Below, piece after piece: positions 1 through 9,487 of a stretch of 64,000 nt of DNA. The position numbers and the translations under genes were made by a program. Position 1 is the stretch's first letter; every line of letters starts with the position of its first letter. The notes beneath the pieces are model-generated. The model was not told the origin of the DNA and did not search any database. It saw only the letters and a list, made by a program, of their open reading frames with translations. Source of the stretch: an uncultured Clostridia bacterium (GTDB lineage Bacteria > Bacillota > Clostridia > TANB77 > CAG-508); contig CAKOVK010000003.1 of NCBI GenBank assembly GCA_934121925.1, positions 6,118 to 70,117 on the forward strand, written 5' to 3'.

Positions 1-521
1 GTTCTTATATATGTACCTTTTGAGCATTCCACTTTAAATTCTATTCTGTTATTTTTATATTCTATTAATTCCATTTTATATATTTCTATTTCTCTAGGTT
101 CTACTTTTACTTTTTGTCCGCTTCTTGCATATTCATATAGTTTTTTGCCACTTAATTTTATTGCAGAATACATAGGTGGTATTTGCTTTTGTTTACCTAA
201 AAAACTTTGCAATACTTGTTTTATTATACTAATATCAAATTCTTTTATATTAGAGTCACTTTCTATGATATTCCCTTCTGAATCTCCTGTATCTCTTTTT
301 TCTCCTAGTTCTATTGTTGCAATGTATGTCTTTTTATGTTCAATTAGATATTTAGATATCTTTGTTGCTTGTCCTACAAGTATAGGTAAAACACCGGTAG
401 CATTAGGGTCTAGCGTACCGGTGTGTCCTACTTTTTTCATATTTAATTGTTTTCTTACAATATTTACAACATCATGTGAAGTATATCCTTTTGGCTTGTT
501 TATTATAATTACTCCATCCAT
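1..521 (-). CDS. truB: tRNA pseudouridine(55) synthase TruB (5' part; gene runs off the left edge)
   Basis: Minus-strand ORF from ATG at 521 reads MDGVIIINKPKGYTSHDVVNIVRKQLNMKKVGHTGTLDPNATGVLPILVGQATK, the TruB N-terminus with the HTGTLDP catalytic-Asp motif. It is absent from the ORF track because no stop lies in the window. The + ORF 145..594 is its antisense shadow. Confidence 0.9.
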   Translation of the reverse strand, partial: MDGVIIINKPKGYTSHDVVNIVRKQLNMKKVGHTGTLDPNATGVLPILVGQATKISKYLIEHKKTYIATIELGEKRDTGDSEGNIIESDSNIKEFDISIIKQVLQSFLGKQKQIPPMYSAIKLSGKKLYEYARSGQKVKVEPREIEIYKMELIEYKNNRIEFKVECSKGTYIR

Positions 522-529
522 TGTTTCCC

Positions 530-1498
530 TCATTTTAAATACTTTTTGCATTCATCTATTACTTTTTGTTTTGCTTGTTCAAATGGAAGATTAATGCTTC
601 CTCCTGCTGCTCTTATATGTCCTCCACCACTAAACATTAAACATATATCTGATACATTTACATATTCATTAGATCTAAGTGATATTTTATATCCATCTTC
701 TTTTTCTCTTAAAAATATTGAAATTTCTACACCTTCTATATCTCTTCCCATTTCTACTATTCCGTCATGGCTATTACTTCCTGCCATTGTTTCTTCTTCA
801 TCTTTTAGGGTTGTATATGTAAATGCTATTTTTCCTTCTTCTAGGAATTCTAATCTATTCATAGCTTTTCTTCTTAATTCAAAGCTTGGTTTTGACAATG
901 TTTGAAGAACTTTTTTATATATATTTGAAACATTAACACCTTTATTTAGCAGTTCTGCTGCAAATTCAAAAGTTTCACTTGTTACTCCTGAATACTTAAA
1001 TCCGCCTGTGTCTGTTATTATTCCGGTAAGTAAGCATGCTCCAATTTCCTTATCTATTTCTATTCCTAGTGCTTCTAAGACTGTAACTAATATTTGGCAA
1101 CATGCAGGTGCCATAGGATTAACAAAATTGTAATCTGCAAACATTGTATTTGCACTGTGATGGTCAATAGATATCCTTACATTTGCATCTTCAAAATATT
1201 TTGCAAATCCATCTAATCTTTTTATATCTCCACAGTCTAATGCTATTGCTAGATCATATTTTTCTGTCTTTCCTTCTTTTTTTACTTCTTTGCTGTTTTT
1301 TAAAAACTCAAAAGTTTGTGGAAATTCTGGTATTATTAAATCTGCATCTTTTCCAATTTGTTTTAGCCCATTGTATAAGGCTAGACTACTACCAATTGCA
1401 TCTCCATCTGGGTTTTCATGAGTAAGTATTACTATGCTTTCGGCATTATTTATTTCTTCTATAATATTATCTAAGGTCATATTTTGATATCTCCTCAT
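530..1498 (-). CDS. nrnA: DHH/DHHA1-family phosphoesterase (NrnA-type oligoribonuclease / pAp phosphatase)
   Basis: 322 aa with DHH-family motifs (HENPDGDAIGS, DHHSAN, C-terminal GGGH). It sits in the conserved infB-rbfA-DHH-truB order. Confidence 0.75.
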   Translation of the reverse strand: MRRYQNMTLDNIIEEINNAESIVILTHENPDGDAIGSSLALYNGLKQIGKDADLIIPEFPQTFEFLKNSKEVKKEGKTEKYDLAIALDCGDIKRLDGFAKYFEDANVRISIDHHSANTMFADYNFVNPMAPACCQILVTVLEALGIEIDKEIGACLLTGIITDTGGFKYSGVTSETFEFAAELLNKGVNVSNIYKKVLQTLSKPSFELRRKAMNRLEFLEEGKIAFTYTTLKDEEETMAGSNSHDGIVEMGRDIEGVEISIFLREKEDGYKISLRSNEYVNVSDICLMFSGGGHIRAAGGSINLPFEQAKQKVIDECKKYLK

Positions 1499-1500
1499 TT

Positions 1501-1878
1501 TTAATCTTCATCATTTGGTTTTATGTCTTTCATTATATCTTTTAAAATTGTATCAATCTTTTCTCCATATTGCATTGAGTCATCCAATTCAAAGACTAAT
1601 TCTGGAGTTACTCTCAAATTTATTTTTTCAGCAATTCTGCTTCTAATAAATCCAGAAGATGATTTTAGTCCTGCTAAAGTTTGTTTAACGTTTCTAGAAT
1701 TAAGGATACTAACATATACCTTAGCATACCTTAAATCTGGAGAAATTTTTACTTTTGTCACACTAACCAAACCAGTTACATTTGAATTAGTAACTTCATA
1801 GTTAATTATATTACTAATTTCTCTTTTTAATTCTTCATTTATTCTATTAAGTCTATTATTTCCTTTTTCTCTTTTCAT
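1501..1878 (-). CDS. rbfA: ribosome-binding factor A
   Basis: 125 aa, RbfA-like (RLNRINEELKREISNII, DLRYAKVYVS). Located downstream of infB. Confidence 0.85.
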   Translation of the reverse strand: MKREKGNNRLNRINEELKREISNIINYEVTNSNVTGLVSVTKVKISPDLRYAKVYVSILNSRNVKQTLAGLKSSSGFIRSRIAEKINLRVTPELVFELDDSMQYGEKIDTILKDIMKDIKPNDED

Positions 1879-2029
1879 TTTTTCTCCTTTTGAGGCAATT
1901 TAGTAAAACGAATTAAAATTAGTAGATTGCGCATTTTCTGAGGCAATAAAGCCGGAAACGCACGCTGTACGTTGGGGATTTTATCGCTAATAGAAAATGT
2001 TCAAGGTACTAATTTTCAATCATTTTTTC

Positions 2030-4954
2030 TTATTGTTTTACTTGTTCCATTATATACGCCTCAATAATATCTCCCTCTTTAATATCATTAAAGTCTTCTA
2101 TTTGAATTCCGCACTCAAATCCTTTTGTAACTTCTTTCGCATCATCTTTCATTCTCTTTAATGAAATTAATTTGCCATCATGTATTACAACATTATCTCT
2201 TAAGACTCTTACTCCTGCATTTCTTGCAACTTTTCCATCTGTTACATAGCATCCTGCAATTGTTCCAACATTAGATATTTTAAATATTTGTCTTACTTCT
2301 GCGTTTCCTATTATTGTTTCTTTAAATACTGGATCTAACATTCCCTTCATTGCAGCTTCCACATCCTCTATTGCATTATAGATTACTGAGTATGTTTTTA
2401 TTTCTACTTCTGATTTTTCTGCCATATCTTTTGCTAAAGCTTCTGGTCTTACATTAAATCCTATGATTATTGCATTTGATACACTTGCAAGTGTTACATC
2501 ACTTTCTGTAATTGCACCAACATTTGCGTGAATTACTTTAACTTCTACTTCATCATTAGACAATTTTTCTAGTGCTTGTTTTACTGCTTCTACAGAACCT
2601 TGAACATCTGCTTTTACTATTAAGTTTAATTGTTTTAAGTTTCCTTTTTCTATTTGGCTAAATAGGTCATCTAAAGTAACTTTTGTTGTTGCATTTAGAG
2701 CTTTATCTCTAGCTTGACGTTTTCTTCTTTCCATCAAGTGTTTTGCAGTTTTTTCATCTTTAACTTCGTAGAATGTGTCTCCTGCTTCTGGAACTGATGT
2801 TAAACCTGTTATTTCTACTGGTGTTGAAGGACCTGCTTTTTTAACTCTATGTCCCTTATCATCTGTCATTGTTCTTATTCTACCTATAACAGAACCTACT
2901 AAGATAGTATCTCCAACATCTAATGTACCACGTTGTACAAGCATTGTTGCAACTGGTCCTTTTGATTTATCTAGTTTTGCTTCTATTACAACACCTTTTG
3001 CTTGTTTATTTGGATTTGCTTTTAATTCTTTCATATCTGCAACTAGAAGTACCATTTCTAGTAAGTTATCTATATTTATTTTTTTCTTTGCAGAAATTGG
3101 AACAAAGATTGTATCTCCACCCCATTCTTCTGGTACTAATTCATATTCAGCAAGCTCTTGTTTTACTTTATCTGGGTTTGCACCTTCTACATCTATTTTA
3201 TTTATTGCAACAATAATTGGTATTCCAGCTGCTTTTGCATGGTTTATTGCTTCTACTGTTTGTGGCATAACACCATCATTTGCAGCAACAACTAGTATTG
3301 CTATATCTGTTATTTGAGCTCCTCTTGCTCTCATTGCTGTAAATGCTTCATGTCCTGGTGTGTCTAAGAATGTAATTTCTCTTCCATTTATTTCAACTTT
3401 ATAAGCACCTATTGCTTGTGTAATTCCTCCTGCTTCTCCTTCTATTACATTTGTAGATCTTACAGCATCTAATAAAGAAGTTTTACCATGGTCAACGTGT
3501 CCCATAACAACAATTACTGGTGGCCTTGGTTTTAATTCATCTTCTTTGTCTTCACTCTCATCAAATAAGATATCTTCATCTGTAACTACTTCTTTTTTAT
3601 GTGCAGTAACACCAAATTCTCCTGCTATCAAAAATGCTGTATCAAAATCCACTTCGTTGTTTATTGTAGCTAGAATTCCATATCCTAATAATTTCTTTAT
3701 TATTTCCCCACTTGTCTTTTTAAGTTCTGTACTTAAATCTTTTACGCTTATGCTCTCTGGAATTGTTATATCTGTTAGTTCAAATATTTTTTGTTTTACT
3801 CTATTTTCATCTTGATTGATTTTCTTTTTGCTTCTTCTTCCTCTTGTTGTTGTTAAATCGTAATAATCAAGCATTGATCCTTCATCAAACATATTTGATA
3901 ATCTATTTTCTTGTTTTAAGTCTTTTAATTTATGGCTACTTATTTCATCAAAGTTTCCTTTTCTTGCTTTAGAAGATTTTTTATTAGTTCTTTCCTCATA
4001 TCTATTATTTTTTTGTTTATCTATAGATTTATTTGCATATTCTCTTACATTTTCTTTTTCTACTACATCAGAAGCCATTATGTTTTTAATATTTTTTTCT
4101 ATACCTCTTTCATCAAGTGGTCTTCTTCCATAATTTCCTTGGTTTCTTTCTTGTCCTCTATTATTATTAAAAGGTCTGTTTCCATTTCCTTGATTGAAAG
4201 GTCTATTTCCATTATTACGATTATTATATGGCCTATTATTTTGCCCATTTTCTCTGTTAAATGGTCTATTTCCATTATTATTACGATTGTTGTTATTATA
4301 TGGTCTATTAAATCCATCTCTGTTAAATGGTCTATTATTATTGTTTTGATTATTATATGGTCTTGTTTGGGTAGTTACACTATTAACTCTTTTTACTGGT
4401 TCAGTTGTTTGTTGTGGTCTTTCAATTTTTTCTGGCTCTTTCTTTGTTTCAACTTCTGTAACAGTTTTTGGTTCTTCTACTTTTTGTTCTGGTTTTACTT
4501 CAGGTTCCTGCTTTGTTTCAGTTGCTTCTTTTTGCTTACTAGATGCTTTTGTACCAAACAATTCACTAACAGTAAGAGGTCTATTAGGTTTATTTCTATA
4601 CACTATATTATAGTCTTTTTTTCTTTCTCTTTCTATAAATCCTACATCTCTTGACTTTTTTCTTTCTTCCATTTTTGGCTCTGCTTTTTTGCTCTCATCA
4701 GTCACAATAACTTCTCTTCTTATTATTACAGGAGTTTCTTTTTTTTCTTTAACTTCTTTTTTTAACCCTGAAAATTTTGTTTCCAATTTTTTTGCTTCTT
4801 CTTCGCTTACACTGCTCATATGTGTTTTTACTTCCATTCCCAATTCTATTGCTTTTTCTAAAACCTCTTTGCTATTTACTCCTAATTTTTTTGCTATTTC
4901 GTGTATTTTTATTTTACCCAATAGCTTCACCCCCATTTTTTGTTTTTGTACCAA
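2030..4954 (-). CDS. infB: translation initiation factor IF-2
   Basis: G domain motifs [20 protein letters not shown] and NKID, with IF-2 C-terminal domains. An SD-like GGGGGTGA precedes an in-frame TTG at 4921 (then [13 protein letters not shown]), so the true start may be 4921 rather than 4954. Confidence 0.95.
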   Translation of the reverse strand: MVQKQKMGVKLLGKIKIHEIAKKLGVNSKEVLEKAIELGMEVKTHMSSVSEEEAKKLETKFSGLKKEVKEKKETPVIIRREVIVTDESKKAEPKMEERKKSRDVGFIERERKKDYNIVYRNKPNRPLTVSELFGTKASSKQKEATETKQEPEVKPEQKVEEPKTVTEVETKKEPEKIERPQQTTEPVKRVNSVTTQTRPYNNQNNNNRPFNRDGFNRPYNNNNRNNNGNRPFNRENGQNNRPYNNRNNGNRPFNQGNGNRPFNNNRGQERNQGNYGRRPLDERGIEKNIKNIMASDVVEKENVREYANKSIDKQKNNRYEERTNKKSSKARKGNFDEISSHKLKDLKQENRLSNMFDEGSMLDYYDLTTTRGRRSKKKINQDENRVKQKIFELTDITIPESISVKDLSTELKKTSGEIIKKLLGYGILATINNEVDFDTAFLIAGEFGVTAHKKEVVTDEDILFDESEDKEDELKPRPPVIVVMGHVDHGKTSLLDAVRSTNVIEGEAGGITQAIGAYKVEINGREITFLDTPGHEAFTAMRARGAQITDIAILVVAANDGVMPQTVEAINHAKAAGIPIIVAINKIDVEGANPDKVKQELAEYELVPEEWGGDTIFVPISAKKKINIDNLLEMVLLVADMKELKANPNKQAKGVVIEAKLDKSKGPVATMLVQRGTLDVGDTILVGSVIGRIRTMTDDKGHRVKKAGPSTPVEITGLTSVPEAGDTFYEVKDEKTAKHLMERRKRQARDKALNATTKVTLDDLFSQIEKGNLKQLNLIVKADVQGSVEAVKQALEKLSNDEVEVKVIHANVGAITESDVTLASVSNAIIIGFNVRPEALAKDMAEKSEVEIKTYSVIYNAIEDVEAAMKGMLDPVFKETIIGNAEVRQIFKISNVGTIAGCYVTDGKVARNAGVRVLRDNVVIHDGKLISLKRMKDDAKEVTKGFECGIQIEDFNDIKEGDIIEAYIMEQVKQ

Positions 4955-4962
4955 GCTTTTTT

Positions 4963-5232
4963 CTAGTTATTCTTATTATCAATAATTACACCCCTTAATT
5001 CGTTATATATATTTTCGTCTATTTTCATATCAAAACATTTTTCTAATCTTTTAGTTTTTATTGCTTTTTCTAAGCATTCTATACTATCACATATATATGC
5101 TCCTCGTCCTGCTAATTTTCCTGTTTTGTCTATTGCAATTTCTCCATTTTTATTTAAGACTACTCTGATTAATTCTCTTTTATCTTTTTTATTATTGCAT
5201 CCCATGCACATTCTTTGTACAATTTTTTTCAT
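4963..5232 (-). CDS. ylxR: YlxR/DUF448 family RNA-binding protein (RnpM-like)
   Basis: 89 aa with CMGC and GRGAYIC motifs. Canonical position between nusA and infB. Confidence 0.8.
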   Translation of the reverse strand: MKKIVQRMCMGCNNKKDKRELIRVVLNKNGEIAIDKTGKLAGRGAYICDSIECLEKAIKTKRLEKCFDMKIDENIYNELRGVIIDNKNN

Positions 5233-5282
5233 AAAATATCCCCCTTTTTGTTTTGTAAATCGCCGAGGATTGCGACCATTTA

Positions 5283-6377
5283 TTAGTTTTCTTCTGTTGT
5301 TTCTTCTGTTTCTTGTTTTGCTAGCAACTCTCTAAATTGGCTTTCACTCTTTATATCTATTTTCCAATTTGTAAGTTTTGCTGCCAAACGTGCATTTTGA
5401 CCAGATTTACCTATTGCTAATGATAATTGATCATCTGGTACAATTATTTGTGCAAATTTTTCTTCTTCTTTAATGTCCACTGCCATAACTTGTGCTGGCA
5501 ATAATGCTGCTGAGATAAATACAGCTGGATCTTCATCCCATTCTATAACATCTATTTTTTCGCCTTTTAACTCATTTATTATATTTTGTATTCTTATACC
5601 TTTTTGTCCCACACAAGAACCTACTGGATCTATATTTTCATTTGTAGAGTATACTGCAACTTTACTTCTTGAACCTGCATCTCTTGCTACACTTTTTATT
5701 TCTATTAATCCTTCATATATTTCTGGTATTTCAAATTCAAATAATTTTCTTACAAAATCCGGATGACTTCTAGAAACTAAAACTTGTGGAGCTCCTTTTA
5801 CTCCCTTTTCTACATTTACTACATAAGCTCTTATTTTATCATTTACTTTATATGTTTCAGTAGGTATTTGGTCTTTTACAAGCATAATTCCTTCTAGCTT
5901 ACCTAAATCTAATACTACAGTTCCTCCATCTGATTTTTGTACTATTCCAGAAACTATTTCACCTTTTCTGTCGTTATATTCTGTATAAACCATATTTCTT
6001 TCTGCTTCTCTAATTTTTTGAACGATTACTTGTTTTGCTGTTTGTGCTGCAATTCTTCCGAAGTTTCTAGGTATTATTTCTAATTCTATTGTATCTCCTA
6101 TGTTTGCATTTTTATCTTCTTTTCTTGCATCTTCTAGACTGATTTGTAGCATATCATCTTCAACTGCTTCTACTACTTCTTTTAAAGAAAATACTCTTAT
6201 ATCTCCTGTTTCTGCATCCATAGTAACTTTTACATTCTCTGCTGAATCAAAATTTCTTTTATATGCTGTTACTAATGCTGCTTCTAAAGATTCTAATAAA
6301 TATTCTTTGTTTATTCCTCTTTCTTTTTCTAATTCTTCAATTGCCATTATTAATTCTTTGCTTTCAATTGATTTCAT
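5283..6377 (-). CDS. nusA: transcription termination/antitermination factor NusA
   Basis: 364 aa. N-terminal NusA domain, S1 domain (GEIVSGIVQK) and two KH domains (GSCVGQKGIRIQ, AIGKSGQNARLA). Confidence 0.95.
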   Translation of the reverse strand: MKSIESKELIMAIEELEKERGINKEYLLESLEAALVTAYKRNFDSAENVKVTMDAETGDIRVFSLKEVVEAVEDDMLQISLEDARKEDKNANIGDTIELEIIPRNFGRIAAQTAKQVIVQKIREAERNMVYTEYNDRKGEIVSGIVQKSDGGTVVLDLGKLEGIMLVKDQIPTETYKVNDKIRAYVVNVEKGVKGAPQVLVSRSHPDFVRKLFEFEIPEIYEGLIEIKSVARDAGSRSKVAVYSTNENIDPVGSCVGQKGIRIQNIINELKGEKIDVIEWDEDPAVFISAALLPAQVMAVDIKEEEKFAQIIVPDDQLSLAIGKSGQNARLAAKLTNWKIDIKSESQFRELLAKQETEETTEEN

Positions 6378-6395
6378 TTTCTTATCATCCTTTCT

Positions 6396-6848
6396 TTACC
6401 AATTATATACTGTTTTTATTTGTGATATATTTTTTCTGTCTAGTTTTAATTCTTTGTCTGTCTGTAAAATTAAATAATTATTATCAAAGCTTTTTAGAAT
6501 TCCTTTATATTGTTTTTGCCCATCTATTGGCTTAAATAGCTTTATTTGCACTTCATTATTTATATTTTCTTCTAAGTGTCTTTCTTTTCTTAAATTTTTT
6601 TCCACTCCAGTAGATGACACTTCTAAAAAGTATTGTTCTTTAATTGGGTCCTCTTTATCTAATATCTCTGTAATTTCATTGCTGACTTTCTCACAATCAT
6701 TTAGATCTATTCCTTTTTCAGCTTGTATGTATATTCTTAAGAAATAGTCTTTTCCTTCTTTCACATATTCTACATCATATAAATTATACCCTAATTTTTC
6801 TATTGGTTCTAAAATTATGCTTTCAACTTTTTCTTCTATATTTGCCAA
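6396..6848 (-). CDS. rimP: ribosome maturation factor RimP
   Basis: 150 aa, TTG start preceded by AAAGGAGAG. RimP-like sequence (LGYNLYDVEYVKEGKDYFLRIYI) immediately upstream of nusA. Confidence 0.85.
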   Translation of the reverse strand: MANIEEKVESIILEPIEKLGYNLYDVEYVKEGKDYFLRIYIQAEKGIDLNDCEKVSNEITEILDKEDPIKEQYFLEVSSTGVEKNLRKERHLEENINNEVQIKLFKPIDGQKQYKGILKSFDNNYLILQTDKELKLDRKNISQIKTVYNW

Positions 6849-6872
6849 ACCAAACTCTCCTTTTCAAAAGTT

Positions 6873-6897
6873 AAGAGTGGGATTTTTTCCCACTCTT
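6873..6897 (-). promoter_or_regulatory. stem-loop in the rimP-nusA-infB leader (possible attenuator)
   Basis: AAGAGTGGGA / TCCCACTCTT 10-bp stem with a 5-nt loop. It lies 24 nt upstream of the rimP start and on the minus strand is followed by AACTTTTG. Confidence 0.4.
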
Positions 6898-7022
6898 ATG
6901 TCATTTTATATTTGCAATATTATTATATCCGGTTTTTATTAAAAAATCAAGCTTTTATTGATTTTTTAATAAAAAATTTGAAAATTGTATATATTTCTTC
7001 TATTTATATAAAATAATATATT

Positions 7023-7634
7023 ATGAATCAAATACTCTTTATTAAAAATAATTCTAAAAAATATAAAATTCAATTGGCAATTTCTTTAATTATATTAATT
7101 ACAGTTTTTTTATTTTGGCTCCGTTACTACCTTAGCACAAAGAGTGAAGATAAATTTTCAAATTCTTTGTTGAATAGCTTTAATATCGAACGTATTTATT
7201 CTAATAGTGAAGGCTATACAGTTGTAGAATTGGATGGTAATAGCACAACCGTAATAGGAATTATTGAAATTCCAAATATTAATATAAAATATCCTATACT
7301 ATCCAATATAAGCGATGAACTTTTAAAAGTTTCCCCTTGTAGATTCTATGGTCCACTTCCAAATGAAAATGGAAATCTTTGTATTGCAGCTCATAATTAT
7401 GATGATAATCGTTTTTTTGGAAACTTACACAAACTCAACATTGGTGATATGATAAATATTTATGATTCTAGTAATAATGTTACACATTACTACGTTTATG
7501 ATAAGTTTGAATCTTCTGAAAAAGATACTTCATGTATAAATCAAGATGTCCACGTATTAAAAGAATTAACTTTAATTACCTGTAATAATCTAAACAAAAA
7601 CAGATTAATCATTAAGTCAAAAACACAAAAATAG
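7023..7634 (+). CDS. sortase (TLxTC cysteine transpeptidase)
   Basis: 203 aa. N-terminal membrane anchor, active-site His context AAHNYD, catalytic Cys in LTLITCNN, conserved Arg in NRLIIKS. Confidence 0.85.
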   Translation: MNQILFIKNNSKKYKIQLAISLIILITVFLFWLRYYLSTKSEDKFSNSLLNSFNIERIYSNSEGYTVVELDGNSTTVIGIIEIPNINIKYPILSNISDELLKVSPCRFYGPLPNENGNLCIAAHNYDDNRFFGNLHKLNIGDMINIYDSSNNVTHYYVYDKFESSEKDTSCINQDVHVLKELTLITCNNLNKNRLIIKSKTQK

Positions 7635-7661
7635 AGATTACATAAATAATCTCTATTTTAT
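7632..7661. terminator. bidirectional rho-independent terminator between sortase and its convergent neighbour
   Basis: TAGAGATTA-cataaa-TAATCTCTA hairpin followed by TTTTAT. The stem overlaps the sortase stop codon. Confidence 0.6.
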
Positions 7662-7673
7662 ATATTTTACTAA

Positions 7674-8045
7674 TTAAAAGTTCTTATAATCACTTATTTT
7701 TTTATACGCATATATTGCAGATACACCACAAACTGCTACAATAAATAGTATTGAATAATCAACACCTGTATTTGGCATTGTTGTTGTATTTCTAGTTGCA
7801 TTGTTTACAGTATTATTCACCCTATTTGTACTATTGTTTGTAGTATTGTTTGTACTATTATTTGTATTAGTAAAATTGTTTGTTGTGTTATTACCTCTAC
7901 TTTCTATTTCTTGGACATTTCTGTTAGTACTTGTATTTAAACTGTCCATTATGTCTGAAGCAAATACATTTGTTACTATACTCAATACTAATACTATAAG
8001 TGTTATTATACATACTATTAATTCTTTTGTTTTTATCTTTGACAT
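7674..8045 (-). CDS. small secreted Asn/Thr-rich protein with a cell-wall sorting-signal-like C-terminus (MPNTG)
   Basis: 123 aa. Signal peptide ending VFA/SD, an N/T low-complexity spacer, then MPNTG plus a hydrophobic segment plus a basic tail (YKKISDYKNF). Confidence 0.65.
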   Translation of the reverse strand: MSKIKTKELIVCIITLIVLVLSIVTNVFASDIMDSLNTSTNRNVQEIESRGNNTTNNFTNTNNSTNNTTNNSTNRVNNTVNNATRNTTTMPNTGVDYSILFIVAVCGVSAIYAYKKISDYKNF

Positions 8046-8139
8046 TTTTCTCTCCTCTTCATATTATAATATTATTATAATTAATTCTTATATATTTATA
8101 CTACAAAATTTTAAATATTGCAATACTTTTTTACAAATT

Positions 8140-9231
8140 TTATACATTAAATTTAAATAATACTATATCTCCTTCTTGCATTATATATTCTTTTCCTTCA
8201 GATCTAATCAGTCCTTTTTCTCTTGCTGCATTCATTGAGCCTTCTTTTATTAAATCATCATAAGAAACTATTTCTGCTTTTATAAATCCTCTTTGTATGT
8301 CTGAATGTATTTTTCCTGCAGCAACTGGGGCTTTTGTTCCTTTCTTTATTGTCCAAGCTCTTACTTCTGGTTCTCCAGCTGTTAAGAATGACATTAAGCC
8401 CAAGACTGAATAACTTTCCCTTATGACTCTATCTAGTCCAGATTCTTTTAGTCCTAATGCTTCTAGCATTTCTTTTTTATCTGCTTCTTCTAGGCTTGTT
8501 AATTCTTCTTCAATTTTTGCACAAAGTGGAATTGCTATGCTGTTCTCATTTTTAACGTATTCCTTAACTTTTTTTACATTTTCATCATTTTCTGCATCTG
8601 ATAGTTGCTCTTCAGATACATTACATATGTATAAAATAGGTTTTGCTGTAAGAAGCATTGCATCCTTTAATATTAATTTTTCATCATCATTAAGGTCCAA
8701 TGTTCTTGCAGGCTTTTCTTCTTCTAAATGTTTTTTTATCTTTTCTAGGCAATCAATTTCTTCTTGATATTTTTTATCTGCTTTTAAATTTTTCTTTGCT
8801 TTTTCTAATCTTTTTTCTACTGTTTCTATATCTGCCAATATTAACTCTAAGTTGATTGTTTCTATGTCTCTAATTGGATTTATACTTCCATCTACATGTA
8901 CAATATTAGGATCTTCAAAGCATCTTACAACTTGTGCTATCGCATCTACTTCTCTAATATGTGCTAAGAATTTATTTCCTAAACCTTCCCCTTTACTTGC
9001 TCCTTTTACAAGTCCAGCAATATCAACAAATTCTACAATTGCATGAGTTATTTTTTGTGTGTTATACATTTTTCCTAAGACTTCAAGTCTTTCATCTGGA
9101 ACAGGTACAACACCTACATTTGGCTCTATTGTACAGAATGGATAGTTTGCGCACTCTGCTCCTGCATTTGTTATACTGTTAAACATTGTACTTTTACCTA
9201 CATTTGGTAGTCCTACTATTCCTATTTTCAT
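8140..9231 (-). CDS. ychF: redox-regulated ribosome-binding ATPase YchF
   Basis: 363 aa. MKIGIVGLPNVGKSTMFN P-loop, with the YchF coiled-coil insert and C-terminal TGS-like domain. Confidence 0.95.
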   Translation of the reverse strand: MKIGIVGLPNVGKSTMFNSITNAGAECANYPFCTIEPNVGVVPVPDERLEVLGKMYNTQKITHAIVEFVDIAGLVKGASKGEGLGNKFLAHIREVDAIAQVVRCFEDPNIVHVDGSINPIRDIETINLELILADIETVEKRLEKAKKNLKADKKYQEEIDCLEKIKKHLEEEKPARTLDLNDDEKLILKDAMLLTAKPILYICNVSEEQLSDAENDENVKKVKEYVKNENSIAIPLCAKIEEELTSLEEADKKEMLEALGLKESGLDRVIRESYSVLGLMSFLTAGEPEVRAWTIKKGTKAPVAAGKIHSDIQRGFIKAEIVSYDDLIKEGSMNAAREKGLIRSEGKEYIMQEGDIVLFKFNV

Positions 9232-9274
9232 TTTAATCCCTCTTCATATTTTGATTTTTGGAGTATAATTTTTT

Positions 9275-9350
9275 TGGAGCTTCCAACCAGAATCGAACTG
9301 GTGACCTCTTGCTTACCACGCAAGCGCTCTACCTACTGAGCTATAGAAGC
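9275..9350 (-). tRNA. tRNA-Thr (anticodon GGU), CCA encoded
   Basis: Minus strand GCTTCTATAGCTCAGTAGGTAGAGCGCTTGCGTGGTAAGCAAGAGGTCACCAGTTCGATTCTGGTTGGAAGCTCCA. It has a 7-bp acceptor stem and an anticodon stem CTTGC/GCAAG with loop GTGGTAA (U33 then GGT). The T loop contains GTTCGATTC. Confidence 0.9.
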
Positions 9351-9354
9351 ATAT
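9313..9354. repeat. attL core (42 bp; tRNA-Thr nt 1-38 plus 4 nt upstream)
   Basis: TTACCACGCAAGCGCTCTACCTACTGAGCTATAGAAGCATAT is repeated at 47566..47607 with one mismatch (9325 C versus 47578 T). Confidence 0.85.
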
Positions 9355-9487
9355 TTCCAGTTTTTATTGATATTTCAGTGGTTATAGGCTTTTTGTTTTT
9401 AAAATATTTTAGTCTATATTGTCTGTTTTGACTACGTTTTCTATCGTGTTCGTAGTCAAATCGTAGTCAAAACAGTATGCAAATAAA

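Noticed and set aside
145-594. Plus-strand ORFs listed in the track opposite long minus-strand genes (for example 145..594, 2775..3317, 3932..4654, 22042..22875, 54832..55305, 57452..57814).
   Set aside because: They are antisense shadows of well-supported genes (truB, infB, tape measure, spoIVA and others). Their composition is low-complexity and Leu/Phe/Ser-rich, they have no SD, and they have no recognisable motifs.
4084-4384. The Asn-rich tract in infB as a foreign insertion or assembly error.
   Set aside because: It is in frame and flanked by normal IF-2 sequence. It lies in the N-terminal region, which is known to be variable.
9313-9319. Reading the tRNA anticodon as GTG (tRNA-His).
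   Set aside because: With the 5-bp stem CTTGC/GCAAG the 7-nt loop is GTGGTAA. The invariant U33 is then the T before GGT, so the anticodon is GGT (Thr).
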